NCBI GenBank assembly: GCA_030626465.1
Contig: DAOUOU010000001.1
Location: forward strand, 1-43,128
DNA from: Bacteroidales bacterium
Lineage (GTDB): Bacteria; Bacteroidota; Bacteroidia; Bacteroidales; UBA10428
DNA length: 43,128 bases
Reading direction: 5' to 3'
Numbering within the stretch: the stretch's first letter is position 1; each line of letters starts with the position of its first letter. Under the pieces are notes generated by a model. It saw only the letters and a list, made by a program, of their open reading frames with translations. It did not search any database and was not told the origin of the DNA. The translations under genes and the position numbers were made by a program. Of the stretch, positions 10,006-18,819 are shown one piece after another.

Positions 10006-11346
10006 TTAATTTGATCCCAGGTAAGATCTTACACATCTAAATCCTATAAATGATTTTGCAGTATCCTGATACTCATAACTGCGAGCTCCATTTTGCAGAT
10101 AATATCCAATATCTTTCCATGAACCGCCACGTATTACTTTTCTTTTTAATACCGGAGGATCATCAGGCAGGGCATTGTATTTATAATCAGGATTTAGATC
10201 ATGTGTAAATATATACGCTGATTCATCGTAAGCATTAGATGTCCATTCAGATACATTTCCCGCCATATCATAAAGTCCGTACTCGTTAGGTTGATATGTT
10301 CCAACGGCTAATGTAACTGATCCGCCATCATCAATATAATTACCTCTTAAAGGTTTGAAATTAGCAAGAAAACAACCCTCTTTGTTACGGGTATAATAGC
10401 CTCCCCATGGATACATTGAGTGCTCCAGTCCACCACGAGCAGCATATTCCCATTCTGACTCAAGAGGCAGACGGTACTCATGAACTGCAGGCTGGCCAGC
10501 CATAGCCAGGGCTGCGTTCAGATAGTTTGATCTCCAGATACAGAATGCAGAGGCCTGTTTCCAGGTCACTCCAACAACAGGATAATTATCGTATGCCGGG
10601 TGCCAGAAATAACGTGTTGAAAGTGGTTCATTGTAGCTATATGTAAAATCGGCTATCCAGCACAAAGTATCGGGATAGACATTGACCATATCTCTTATGA
10701 TAAAATTCGAACGGTCTTGAATTTCAATTCTTTCACCATCAGAATTCATAACATAACCATCGTATTGTTTGGTTTGATAATTATAGCGGTTTGATTTTTT
10801 AGCAGCTTGTTTCAGATCAACCCAATAATATTCAAACATTAGTTTGCGGGTATCAATTTCCTTTCTGGCATAAAATCTCTCCTGCTCATTGTAATAGAGA
10901 TCACTTAGAATCTCATTCATCTCTTCGTCTCTGAAATCTATACGAATATCCCAATTTAAACTTGGAGGATCAATGGGATTTCCAAACTGGTCTTCTGAAA
11001 TTACATAATCATCAAGCACTTCACCAAGCATCCGTCTCATAATTGAATCACGAACCCAAAAAATGAATTGACGGTATTCGTTGTTTGTAATTTCGGTTTC
11101 ATCCATCCAAAACGGATCGATAGTAACATTGCGTGAATACGTATTCTGTGACCAGGGAACGTCCTGATCGTTAAGGCCTGTTGTAAAACTTCCCTGTGGA
11201 ACGAATATCATTCCAAACGGATCGGGCTCAAAGTACCTTGCTCTTCCAGAAACACCGGTAAGTTCGCCTCCGCGATAATTTGAACAACTACTAATTACCA
11301 AGACAGCGATAATGAAACCTAAAGAAATAAGCTTTTTCATAATCAA
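10006..11346 (-). CDS. gldK: Gliding motility / T9SS lipoprotein GldK (PorK), FGE-sulfatase fold
   Basis: Lipoprotein signal (IAVLVISSC); formylglycine-generating-enzyme-like motifs (YPVVGVTWKQASAFC, EWEYAARGG, GNVSEWT, RGGSW). Confidence 0.9.
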   Translation of the reverse strand: MIMKKLISLGFIIAVLVISSCSNYRGGELTGVSGRARYFEPDPFGMIFVPQGSFTTGLNDQDVPWSQNTYSRNVTIDPFWMDETEITNNEYRQFIFWVRDSIMRRMLGEVLDDYVISEDQFGNPIDPPSLNWDIRIDFRDEEMNEILSDLYYNEQERFYARKEIDTRKLMFEYYWVDLKQAAKKSNRYNYQTKQYDGYVMNSDGERIEIQDRSNFIIRDMVNVYPDTLCWIADFTYSYNEPLSTRYFWHPAYDNYPVVGVTWKQASAFCIWRSNYLNAALAMAGQPAVHEYRLPLESEWEYAARGGLEHSMYPWGGYYTRNKEGCFLANFKPLRGNYIDDGGSVTLAVGTYQPNEYGLYDMAGNVSEWTSNAYDESAYIFTHDLNPDYKYNALPDDPPVLKRKVIRGGSWKDIGYYLQNGARSYEYQDTAKSFIGFRCVRSYLGSN

Positions 11347-11410
11347 AGGAATTTATCTGAAATACTATTTTCAAGCAAAAATCAAATCTTATATAAATTT
11401 AAATAAATTT

Positions 11411-12352
11411 TTATAAAAACCTAATGCTTTTATATTTTTGAGGAGCCTTCTCAACCCCTATTTTAAAGCAATAACTCAGCAAGATTTCATGCGATCCCTG
11501 CTCATGATTCATCAAAGAGCTTGTTGCGAAATCGTATGAATAACCCACCTTAAATCCTTCAAACAATTGCAGACCCAACATGCCTATTACAGCTCCACCT
11601 GTTCTATAGGAAACGCCACCCCAAAACTTTTTATTGTATGCCACGGATAGATTAAAATCCATGTCGGTGACTTTCTCATCAGATTTTAAAAGAACTGCCG
11701 GTCTTAATTCCCATGCCGGATTTGTCAATTGCATATTATATCCTGCTGTAACGTAATAATGCCTATTAAGGTTATATTTTGATTCATTTGTACTGTTATC
11801 ACTTGGAGGGGTTACAACTTCAGGACTATTGATATTCAGTACAGAAGCGCCGAAATAAATATTTTCTCCCCTGTAAAATAAACCTGCTCCAAAGGTAAAA
11901 GTCATATCTGCATCACCCTTAGGAATATTATTATCCTCGTTTGCAGTTGGAGGGTTCCATTCATCTTTAAGAGTTTTGTCAAGAAGTGCTCCATTTACAC
12001 CGATTCCAAGAGTGCCATCTCCCAGGTTAACACGGAAAGCATAGGCCAACTGAAGGTTGATATCTGAATTGAATCCAATGGCATCACGATATACTGATAT
12101 GCCCACGCCATGTTTGGTACCAAACAAATTAAAGGGGGTCTCAACATTAAAGAAAAAGTTTTCAGGATTTCCGGGAAAACCCACCATTTGCTGTCTCATT
12201 ATACCATTAACACATACCATATCCATACTTCCGGCACTACCAGGATTTGTTCTTAAATTATCATACATAAAATGCGAAACTTGTGGTATTTGCTGAGCAT
12301 ATACTACAAGAGTCATTGTGACTAGTATTGCTGATATGAGTATTTTTTTCAT
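11411..12352 (-). CDS. porP: PorP/SprF-family type IX secretion system membrane protein
   Basis: Signal peptide followed by QQIPQVSHFMYDNLRTNPGSAG (PorP/SprF N-terminal motif); beta-barrel-like sequence; lies directly upstream of gldK, as in the porPKLMN operon of Porphyromonas. Confidence 0.85.
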   Translation of the reverse strand: MKKILISAILVTMTLVVYAQQIPQVSHFMYDNLRTNPGSAGSMDMVCVNGIMRQQMVGFPGNPENFFFNVETPFNLFGTKHGVGISVYRDAIGFNSDINLQLAYAFRVNLGDGTLGIGVNGALLDKTLKDEWNPPTANEDNNIPKGDADMTFTFGAGLFYRGENIYFGASVLNINSPEVVTPPSDNSTNESKYNLNRHYYVTAGYNMQLTNPAWELRPAVLLKSDEKVTDMDFNLSVAYNKKFWGGVSYRTGGAVIGMLGLQLFEGFKVGYSYDFATSSLMNHEQGSHEILLSYCFKIGVEKAPQKYKSIRFL

Positions 12353-12370
12353 CTTTCTACCCGAAGTCGG

Positions 12371-12396
12371 AAAAAGCCTCTTATATCAAGGCTTTT
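12371..12396 (-). terminator. Terminator-like hairpin just upstream of the porP start
   Basis: On the minus strand, aaaagcct-(9 nt loop)-aggctttt is followed by one further T, so the core stem agcct/aggct is followed by a T5 run. It ends about 19 nt before the porP ATG. It could end the topA/ureohydrolase-like transcript or act as an attenuator. Confidence 0.4.
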
Positions 12397-12554
12397 ATAT
12401 AGAAAGTAAAATAAGTAAAAATATTGTACTCATACAAGCTTAGAAATCAACAATGACTTTTCTTTGAATTATTTATACTCTGATTTATTGCTCAAGGTTA
12501 CTCTTTACACCTAAAAAATTAACTTTCTGAATGGAATATTTTAAGAAAGAAATG

Positions 12555-13709
12555 TCAGGACAGTTTTTGAAAGGATTTCCACCATAAATCAGGTACTTCT
12601 TGTTCGCAAGCCATCTGATAATCAGCATATGAACAGGATACCAGGATGGGCTCATCTTTCTTTGGATTAGGTACTTCCATCCACCATCTCTCACTCACAG
12701 TACTTTTGTAAAAGGTAATTTCATAATTCAGATCGGAGTGTCCAACAATGAATGTTTTGAAATTTTTGTTTTCACTGGTTGGAAATTCAATCTTTCTGCA
12801 GGAAAATCCGTCAATAAAATACCAGATGATCTGTGATGCAAGATTGGTGGTTTGGTTGTTTATATCGAACTTAGGATTTACTTCAAAAAGCCCAAAGACA
12901 GATAGTTTATCACTTAAGCCGGAGTATCTGGCCAGCTGACATGCTTCTTCAGAGAAAAAACCGCTGGGAGCAGGATTATAAAATGCGGGGGCATCTGATT
13001 GTCTGACTGAACTGATATCAAAACTTATAATATCAGAATCACGCAGAATTGGTTCAACTATTGAAATATTGGAACGTATTTCTCCCAAACGATAAGCATC
13101 ATAATAGAGCTTATTTATAAGATCTATATTGTCAGCATTTGTCAGATGGAGCTGATACCCAAGGCTACAATACTTGAACAATGTTCTTTTTTTAAATAAT
13201 ATTTTTGGCAGATAAGATTCAGCTGAATTATTGATTGAGTCTTTCCCAATATCAATTGTTCGGTCAATTGTTGTGACATTAATATTTGATCTGATGGATT
13301 CCAATGATTGAAAAATTGGGATAGTTAATTCCTGGGTGCCCCCTATAACAATAACTGCCAGACGATTGGAAAGTAAAGTATGGAATACTTCTTTTAAGGC
13401 AGAATAAGTGTCATTGAATGTATTACCCTGTTTGAGATTACCAAGATCAATAATTTTTACACTGTCACTAACTTTATTCAATTGATATAGTTGAGCCCTG
13501 ATTTTATCCGATGCCAATGAAGCCCCTTTGTTGTAAGAATTTCTGTCTTCAGGAACACCAACAATAGCTATATCAAACGAAGATAAATCATCCAGTTCAT
13601 AATCGGGGGTATGTGTGGTTATACTCCTGAAAAAAACATTTGCGTCCGGAATCAATTGAATATCTGGTTTATCAAGATTGATCGGATCCAAAAAATCAAG
13701 AAGCGTCAT
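12555..13709 (-). CDS. Arginase/formiminoglutamase-family (ureohydrolase fold) protein with degenerate metal-ligand motifs and a C-terminal extension
   Basis: Collinear with HutG/arginase motifs, but with GGTQE in place of GG(D/G)H(S/E), DRTID in place of DAHxD, and FDISS...SDAPA in place of DxDxxD..AP. About 80 extra C-terminal residues. Confidence 0.75.
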   Translation of the reverse strand: MTLLDFLDPINLDKPDIQLIPDANVFFRSITTHTPDYELDDLSSFDIAIVGVPEDRNSYNKGASLASDKIRAQLYQLNKVSDSVKIIDLGNLKQGNTFNDTYSALKEVFHTLLSNRLAVIVIGGTQELTIPIFQSLESIRSNINVTTIDRTIDIGKDSINNSAESYLPKILFKKRTLFKYCSLGYQLHLTNADNIDLINKLYYDAYRLGEIRSNISIVEPILRDSDIISFDISSVRQSDAPAFYNPAPSGFFSEEACQLARYSGLSDKLSVFGLFEVNPKFDINNQTTNLASQIIWYFIDGFSCRKIEFPTSENKNFKTFIVGHSDLNYEITFYKSTVSERWWMEVPNPKKDEPILVSCSYADYQMACEQEVPDLWWKSFQKLS

Positions 13710-13712
13710 AAA

Positions 13713-16037
13713 CTAATTTTTATTTTTTTTACCTGAAGGAGCATTAATGATCTTCAAACATTCTTCTTTATCAAGTTTGGCCGGATCTGATCCCTTCGGT
13801 ATTCTGTAATTTTTCTTTTTGTATGAAATATAAGGTCCCCAATGGCCATTAAGTATTTGTAAATCAGGTTCATCTTTAAAGGTTTTTATAATCCTGTTTT
13901 TGTCATGTTCCCGCTTTTCATTGATTAACTCAATGGCACGATCTGATGTAATTTTATAAGGATCATCTATTTCCTTCTTGAGAGAATAAAATTTTGAGTC
14001 ATGCCTTACATAGGGGCCGAATTTGCCAATACCAACAACCATTTCTTTATCTTCATAATTGCCTATTATTCGAGGAAGTTTAAATAATTCCAGTGCTTCT
14101 TTTAATGTAATGGTTTCTATATGCTGTCCTTTAAGAAGACTTGCATATCTTGGCTTTTCTTTCGTATCAGTTTCAGCCTCACCAATCTGTACTATCGGAC
14201 CATATCTCCCCATGCGGGCAATAACGGCTTTTCCTGATTCAGGATCCACTCCAATTTGCCGCTCTCCTTTGGTATATTCTGAATTTTCAAGAGTCTTTTC
14301 AACTTGTAGATGAAAGGGTATGTAAAACTCATCGATCATTTTGGTCCATTCCATTTTTCCTGCTGCTATATCATCAAACTCTTTTTCAACATAAGCTGTA
14401 AAGTTGAAGTCCATAATTTCTTTGAAATATTCAATAAGAAAATCATTGACAATCATACCAATGTTATCGGGGAATAGTTTGGATTTTTCACGTCCGTAAT
14501 TCTCAAGCTGCTCTGATTCTTCAATCAGGTTGTCTTTTAATGTAAATAGAGTATAAGCTCTTTCTTTGCCATCACGATCTTCTTTAATTACATAGCCCCT
14601 GTTCTGGATGGTAGAAATTGTTGGTGCGTAGGTTGATGGCCGACCTATACCCTGCTCTTCCAATTTTTTAACAAGACTGGCTTCGGTATATCGGGTGGGA
14701 GGATTCGTAAATCGTTGCATTGCAACAATTTCGGTATTTTCAAGTATCTGATCCTTTTGTAATACAGGAAGAAGTCCCTTGGTTTCTTCTTCGCCTTCAT
14801 CATCGGTCGATTCGATATACAATTTGAGAAAACCATCAAATTTTAACACTTCCCCCTGGGCAACAAAGTGTTCTTTTGTGGTTGATATTTCAATAACAGC
14901 AGTTGTTTTTTCGAATTCAGCATTGCTCATTTGTGAAGCAACCATTCTTTTCCAGATCAGTTCATAAAGTCTCTTCTCAGCATTTGTCATCTCAATAGAT
15001 GAGTTTTCAATATAAGTTGGTCGGATAGCTTCATGAGCTTCCTGTGCTCCTTTTGATTTTGTTTTATACTGGTGGATATTAACGTATTTATCACCAAACT
15101 CTTCAGTAATAGTTTTTTTGGCGGTATTGAGCGCTAATTGCGACAGATTTACAGAATCTGTTCTCATATAGGTAATATAACCGGCTTCATAAAGACGCTG
15201 AGCAACACTCATTGTTTGCGCCACCGAGAAACTTAATTTTCTACTGGCTTCCTGTTGAAGTGTAGAGGTTGTAAATGGTGGAGAAGGAGATTTTTTAGTT
15301 GGGATTTTAGTTACATTCAGGATCTTGTATTCAGCATTTTTACACTTTTCAAGAAATTCTGAAGTTGTGCTTTTATCATGAAATCGCTGGTTTAGTTCTG
15401 TTCTAAATTTTTGATTTTTTCCATTATTATTCTGTGAAATAAAAGTGCCGGTTATTCTGAAGCTGGAAGAAGGCTTGAAATTGATAATCTCTCGCTCCCG
15501 TTCAACAATCATGCGAACCGCCACTGATTGAACTCTGCCTGCAGAAAGAGAAGGTTTGACTTTTTTCCAGAGAACAGGTGAGAGTTCAAAACCAACAAGC
15601 CGGTCTAATACCCTCCGCGCCTGCTGGGCATTAACAAGGTTTTCATTTATTGAGCGGTAGTTTTTAATAGATTCGAGAATGGCATTTTTTGTGATCTCAC
15701 CAAAGACTATTCTTCGCGTTCTCGCCGGATCGAGCTTTAGAACTTCGAATAAATGCCACGCAATAGCTTCTCCTTCACGGTCCTCATCAGAGGCTAACCA
15801 TACAATGTTGGCTTCTTTAACAAGTTTTTTAAGTTCGCTAACGATCTTCTTTTTATCGTTTGGTACAATATATTCCGGTTTATAGTTGTTCTTTAAATCG
15901 ATACCGAAATCTTTTTTTGACAAATCACGAATATGACCCATACTTGAAGCAACTCGGAAATCTTTTCCAAGGAACTTTTCAATTGTCCTGGCTTTTGCAG
16001 GGGACTCAACAATGACTAAATTATCAATCATAAACAA
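13713..16037 (-). CDS. topA: DNA topoisomerase I
   Basis: TOPRIM start VIVESPAKARTIEKFLG, acidic DEDREGEAIAWH, active-site Tyr region GYITYMRTDS; C-terminal repeats (GPYV, GPYI) of the cysteine-less zinc-ribbon-like type. Confidence 0.95.
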   Translation of the reverse strand: MFMIDNLVIVESPAKARTIEKFLGKDFRVASSMGHIRDLSKKDFGIDLKNNYKPEYIVPNDKKKIVSELKKLVKEANIVWLASDEDREGEAIAWHLFEVLKLDPARTRRIVFGEITKNAILESIKNYRSINENLVNAQQARRVLDRLVGFELSPVLWKKVKPSLSAGRVQSVAVRMIVEREREIINFKPSSSFRITGTFISQNNNGKNQKFRTELNQRFHDKSTTSEFLEKCKNAEYKILNVTKIPTKKSPSPPFTTSTLQQEASRKLSFSVAQTMSVAQRLYEAGYITYMRTDSVNLSQLALNTAKKTITEEFGDKYVNIHQYKTKSKGAQEAHEAIRPTYIENSSIEMTNAEKRLYELIWKRMVASQMSNAEFEKTTAVIEISTTKEHFVAQGEVLKFDGFLKLYIESTDDEGEEETKGLLPVLQKDQILENTEIVAMQRFTNPPTRYTEASLVKKLEEQGIGRPSTYAPTISTIQNRGYVIKEDRDGKERAYTLFTLKDNLIEESEQLENYGREKSKLFPDNIGMIVNDFLIEYFKEIMDFNFTAYVEKEFDDIAAGKMEWTKMIDEFYIPFHLQVEKTLENSEYTKGERQIGVDPESGKAVIARMGRYGPIVQIGEAETDTKEKPRYASLLKGQHIETITLKEALELFKLPRIIGNYEDKEMVVGIGKFGPYVRHDSKFYSLKKEIDDPYKITSDRAIELINEKREHDKNRIIKTFKDEPDLQILNGHWGPYISYKKKNYRIPKGSDPAKLDKEECLKIINAPSGKKNKN

Positions 16038-16067
16038 ACTCTTTTAAAGGCACAAAGAAATTATATA

Positions 16068-16075
16068 CAAATGTA
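16068..16075 (-). promoter_or_regulatory. -7 promoter motif TACATTTG for topA
   Basis: caaatgta on the plus strand is an exact TAnnTTTG on the minus strand, 31 nt upstream of the topA ATG (16037). Confidence 0.45.
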
Positions 16076-16132
16076 TGCTCAAAATTATAATTTAAATAAT
16101 TAATACATTTACGATAAAAAAAACGATATATT

Positions 16133-18493
16133 ATGGGTAACCTCAATATCAAATTCAATAAATATACACGTATATTCTGGATTTTGTTCACTTTTCCTTT
16201 CATTACTTTTTCAATAATTATCCTGTTAGCTGTTACCGGAAACCTGGGATATATGCCTAAAATTGAGGATTTGGAAAATCCAAAAATTAATCTTGCCACA
16301 CAAATTATTTCTGCCGATGGAGAAGTGCTGGGCAGTGTATACTTTGAAAATCAAAACAGGACTCATGTCGATTTTGACCGACTGCCCAAGCATCTGGTTG
16401 ATGCTTTAATTGCCACAGAAGATGTTCGTTTTTACAGACACTCGGGCATTGATATTAAGGGATTAGCCCGTGCAGTAATACTAACGGGAATTTTACGAAG
16501 AAGCGGTTCAGGCGGAGGCAGTACAATGACTCAACAATTTGCAAAACTTCTGTTTCATGATCCTGCTGAAACAAAGATTGAAAGGCTGAAACAAAAAATC
16601 AAGGAATGGGTAATTGCTGTTAAACTTGAAAAAGCATATACCAAAGAAGAAATTATTACTCTGTATTTCAATCAGTATGATTTCCTGTACAATGCAGTTG
16701 GTATATACTCTGCTACCCAGGTTTATTTCAATACAATCCCTGATTCTTTGACCCTTGAGCAATCTGCGATGTTAGTTGGGATGGCTAAAAACTCTTCTCT
16801 CTATAACCCTAAAAGATTTCCTGAAACTGCCTTGAGAAGAAGAAACATTGTTTTTATGCAGATGGAGAAATATGGTTACATATCAAAGGAAGAGTATGAT
16901 TCTCTGAGAGCTCTTCCTCTAAAACTCGATTTTCACAGGCTAAGTCATAATATTGGTCCGGCTACTTATTTCAGGGAATATGTAAGAAGGGCCATGAGTG
17001 CCAATGAACCTCTGAGAAAAAACTACAGCAAATGGAATTATAAAAAATATCAGGAAGACTCAGCAATGTGGGTGGATAATCCGCTGTACGGATGGTGCAA
17101 AAAAAACCGCAAACCAAATGGGGACCAATACGATTTATATACCGACGGATTAAGAATCTACACTACCATTGATTCACGCATACAGGCCTATGCAGAGGCT
17201 GCAATGAAAAAACATATTAGTGAATATCTTCAGCCTGAATTCTTCAGGGAAAAGAAGGGCGGGAAAAGAGCTCCGTTTTCAAGCGATCTGACCAATAGAC
17301 AGATCGATAATATCATTCGAAATGCCATTCGATATTCGGATAGAGGAATGAAACTATTCAATGCAGGAGTTTCAATGGATTCAGTTTACAAGGTATTCAA
17401 ACAACCTGTCAAGATGACCATATTTACATGGAATGGAGAAATTGACACTATTATGAGCCCTCTCGACTCGATATTGTATTACAAACACTTTCTGCATTCG
17501 GGATTTATGGCTATAGAACCCAATACAGGTTTTGTTAAAGCCTATGTAGGAGGGATTAATTTTATGTATTTCAAATACGATCATGTGACCCAGGGAAAGA
17601 GGCAGTCAGGATCCACATTTAAACCTTTTCTTTATATACTTGCCATGCAGGAGGGTTATTCTCCATGCCGTGAAGTACCTGTTTCTCCTATAACTTTTTA
17701 TGTAAATGATACTACATGGTCACCCCGTACTACAGCACGCAAGGAAGACATCAATACAATGAAACCATTGAAATGGGGATTGGCCAAATCGGAAAACTAC
17801 GTTTCAGCCTGGCTGGTGGATCAATTCAAACCACAACCTATTGCTCTTGTGGCTCGGAAAATGGGCATAAAAAGCCATATCGATCCTGTGCCTTCCATGA
17901 TCTATGGCACTAGTGATATGTCAGTCGAAGAAATGGTAGGCGCATATGCAACATTTGCTAACAAAGGTGTTCATATCAGTCCATTGTATGTTAACCGGAT
18001 AGAAGATAAGCATGGTAATTTACTTACTACAATTCTTCCGGAAACAAGTGAATCAATAAGTGAAGAAACTGCTTTTCTGATGTTGAATCTTATGGAAGGG
18101 GTGACCAAATATGGGACTGCTGCGCGCTTGCGCGGGCCTAGATATCAGATGACAGCTAAGATAGCCGCTAAAACAGGAACTACAAATAATAATTCCGACG
18201 GATGGTTTATCGGAATTGTTCCAAAATTAGTTGCCGGCGGATGGGTAGGAGCCGAGGACCGGTCGATACATTTCGACAGAACTGCCATGGGCTCAGGAAC
18301 GAACACAGTTTTGCCCATATGGGCCGAGTTTATGCTACAAATATATGCCGATTCAACCCTGCAAATTACACAAAAGGATGAATTTGAAAAACCGGAAGGA
18401 TTTGATGTTTCACTTGATTGCGATGATCAGAAATTCATTGAAAATGCTGAATTTGATGATGAATACGATATACAGGAAATGCTCACCTACTAA
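16133..18493 (+). CDS. mrcA: Penicillin-binding protein 1A (bifunctional transglycosylase/transpeptidase)
   Basis: GT51 motifs ATEDVRFYRHSGID and GGSTMTQQFAK; transpeptidase motifs SGSTFKP (SxxK), KSEN (SxN) and KTGTTNN (KTG); N-terminal membrane anchor. Confidence 0.95.
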   Translation: MGNLNIKFNKYTRIFWILFTFPFITFSIIILLAVTGNLGYMPKIEDLENPKINLATQIISADGEVLGSVYFENQNRTHVDFDRLPKHLVDALIATEDVRFYRHSGIDIKGLARAVILTGILRRSGSGGGSTMTQQFAKLLFHDPAETKIERLKQKIKEWVIAVKLEKAYTKEEIITLYFNQYDFLYNAVGIYSATQVYFNTIPDSLTLEQSAMLVGMAKNSSLYNPKRFPETALRRRNIVFMQMEKYGYISKEEYDSLRALPLKLDFHRLSHNIGPATYFREYVRRAMSANEPLRKNYSKWNYKKYQEDSAMWVDNPLYGWCKKNRKPNGDQYDLYTDGLRIYTTIDSRIQAYAEAAMKKHISEYLQPEFFREKKGGKRAPFSSDLTNRQIDNIIRNAIRYSDRGMKLFNAGVSMDSVYKVFKQPVKMTIFTWNGEIDTIMSPLDSILYYKHFLHSGFMAIEPNTGFVKAYVGGINFMYFKYDHVTQGKRQSGSTFKPFLYILAMQEGYSPCREVPVSPITFYVNDTTWSPRTTARKEDINTMKPLKWGLAKSENYVSAWLVDQFKPQPIALVARKMGIKSHIDPVPSMIYGTSDMSVEEMVGAYATFANKGVHISPLYVNRIEDKHGNLLTTILPETSESISEETAFLMLNLMEGVTKYGTAARLRGPRYQMTAKIAAKTGTTNNNSDGWFIGIVPKLVAGGWVGAEDRSIHFDRTAMGSGTNTVLPIWAEFMLQIYADSTLQITQKDEFEKPEGFDVSLDCDDQKFIENAEFDDEYDIQEMLTY

Positions 18494-18570
18494 GAAAACA
18501 CTTCTTCAATAACCCCTTTTCCCATCCTTCCATCATTCAATAAAAGATGTGAGATATAAGATATGAGACT

Positions 18571-18666
18571 CAAATAATTTCCAATAGCCAATTATCAAAT
18601 TCCAAAATATTCTATAAAATGCCTTTGAATATTGGAGATTGGAATTTGGGTATTAATTGTTATTTG
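18571..18666. repeat. Long imperfect hairpin 1 (A/T-rich, ccaa/ttgg-based)
   Basis: Paired blocks caaataa/ttatttg (18571-77 / 18660-66), aaattccaa/ttggaattt (18597-605 / 18639-47) and aatattc/gaatatt (18606-12 / 18627-33), plus a partially paired block, around a 14-nt loop. Confidence 0.7.
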
Positions 18667-18690
18667 CCTTCGGCGAGCTCATTGCGTTCG

Positions 18691-18807
18691 GTTGAAGAAC
18701 TGGTGAACTGGTGAACTGGTGAAATGACGAATTTCGATTTATGAACTTCATTTAATCGATTCATCAGTTCATCGATTAATCAATTCGAAGCTAAATCACC
18801 AAATCAC
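18691..18807. repeat. Long imperfect hairpin 2 built from 8-nt phased repeats
   Basis: tggtga units at 18691, 18699 and 18707 pair with tcacca at 18786 and 18794 and with tctcca at 18802. Inner stems are cgaatt/aattcg, gatt/aatc and atgaac/gttcat. An alternative apical stem is ttaatcgat/atcgattaa. The hairpin starts 13 nt past the radA stop. Confidence 0.7.
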
Positions 18808-18819
18808 CAAATCTCCAAA

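Noticed and set aside
12485-12694. 69-aa minus-strand ORF overlapping the 3' end of the ureohydrolase-like gene
   Set aside because: It lies in a different frame of the same strand, overlapping a supported CDS. It has no motifs and is most likely spurious.
16024-16299. 91-aa minus-strand ORF across the topA/mrcA divergent promoter region
   Set aside because: It overlaps the topA start and the mrcA 5' end. It is a product of AT-rich promoter sequence with no supporting features.
18691-18810. Possible CRISPR array or tandem-repeat locus suggested by the repeated gaactggt / aaatcacc 8-mers
   Set aside because: The units are only 8 nt long and contiguous, with no spacers. The two sets are mutually complementary, so the pattern is a hairpin arm structure and not a CRISPR array.
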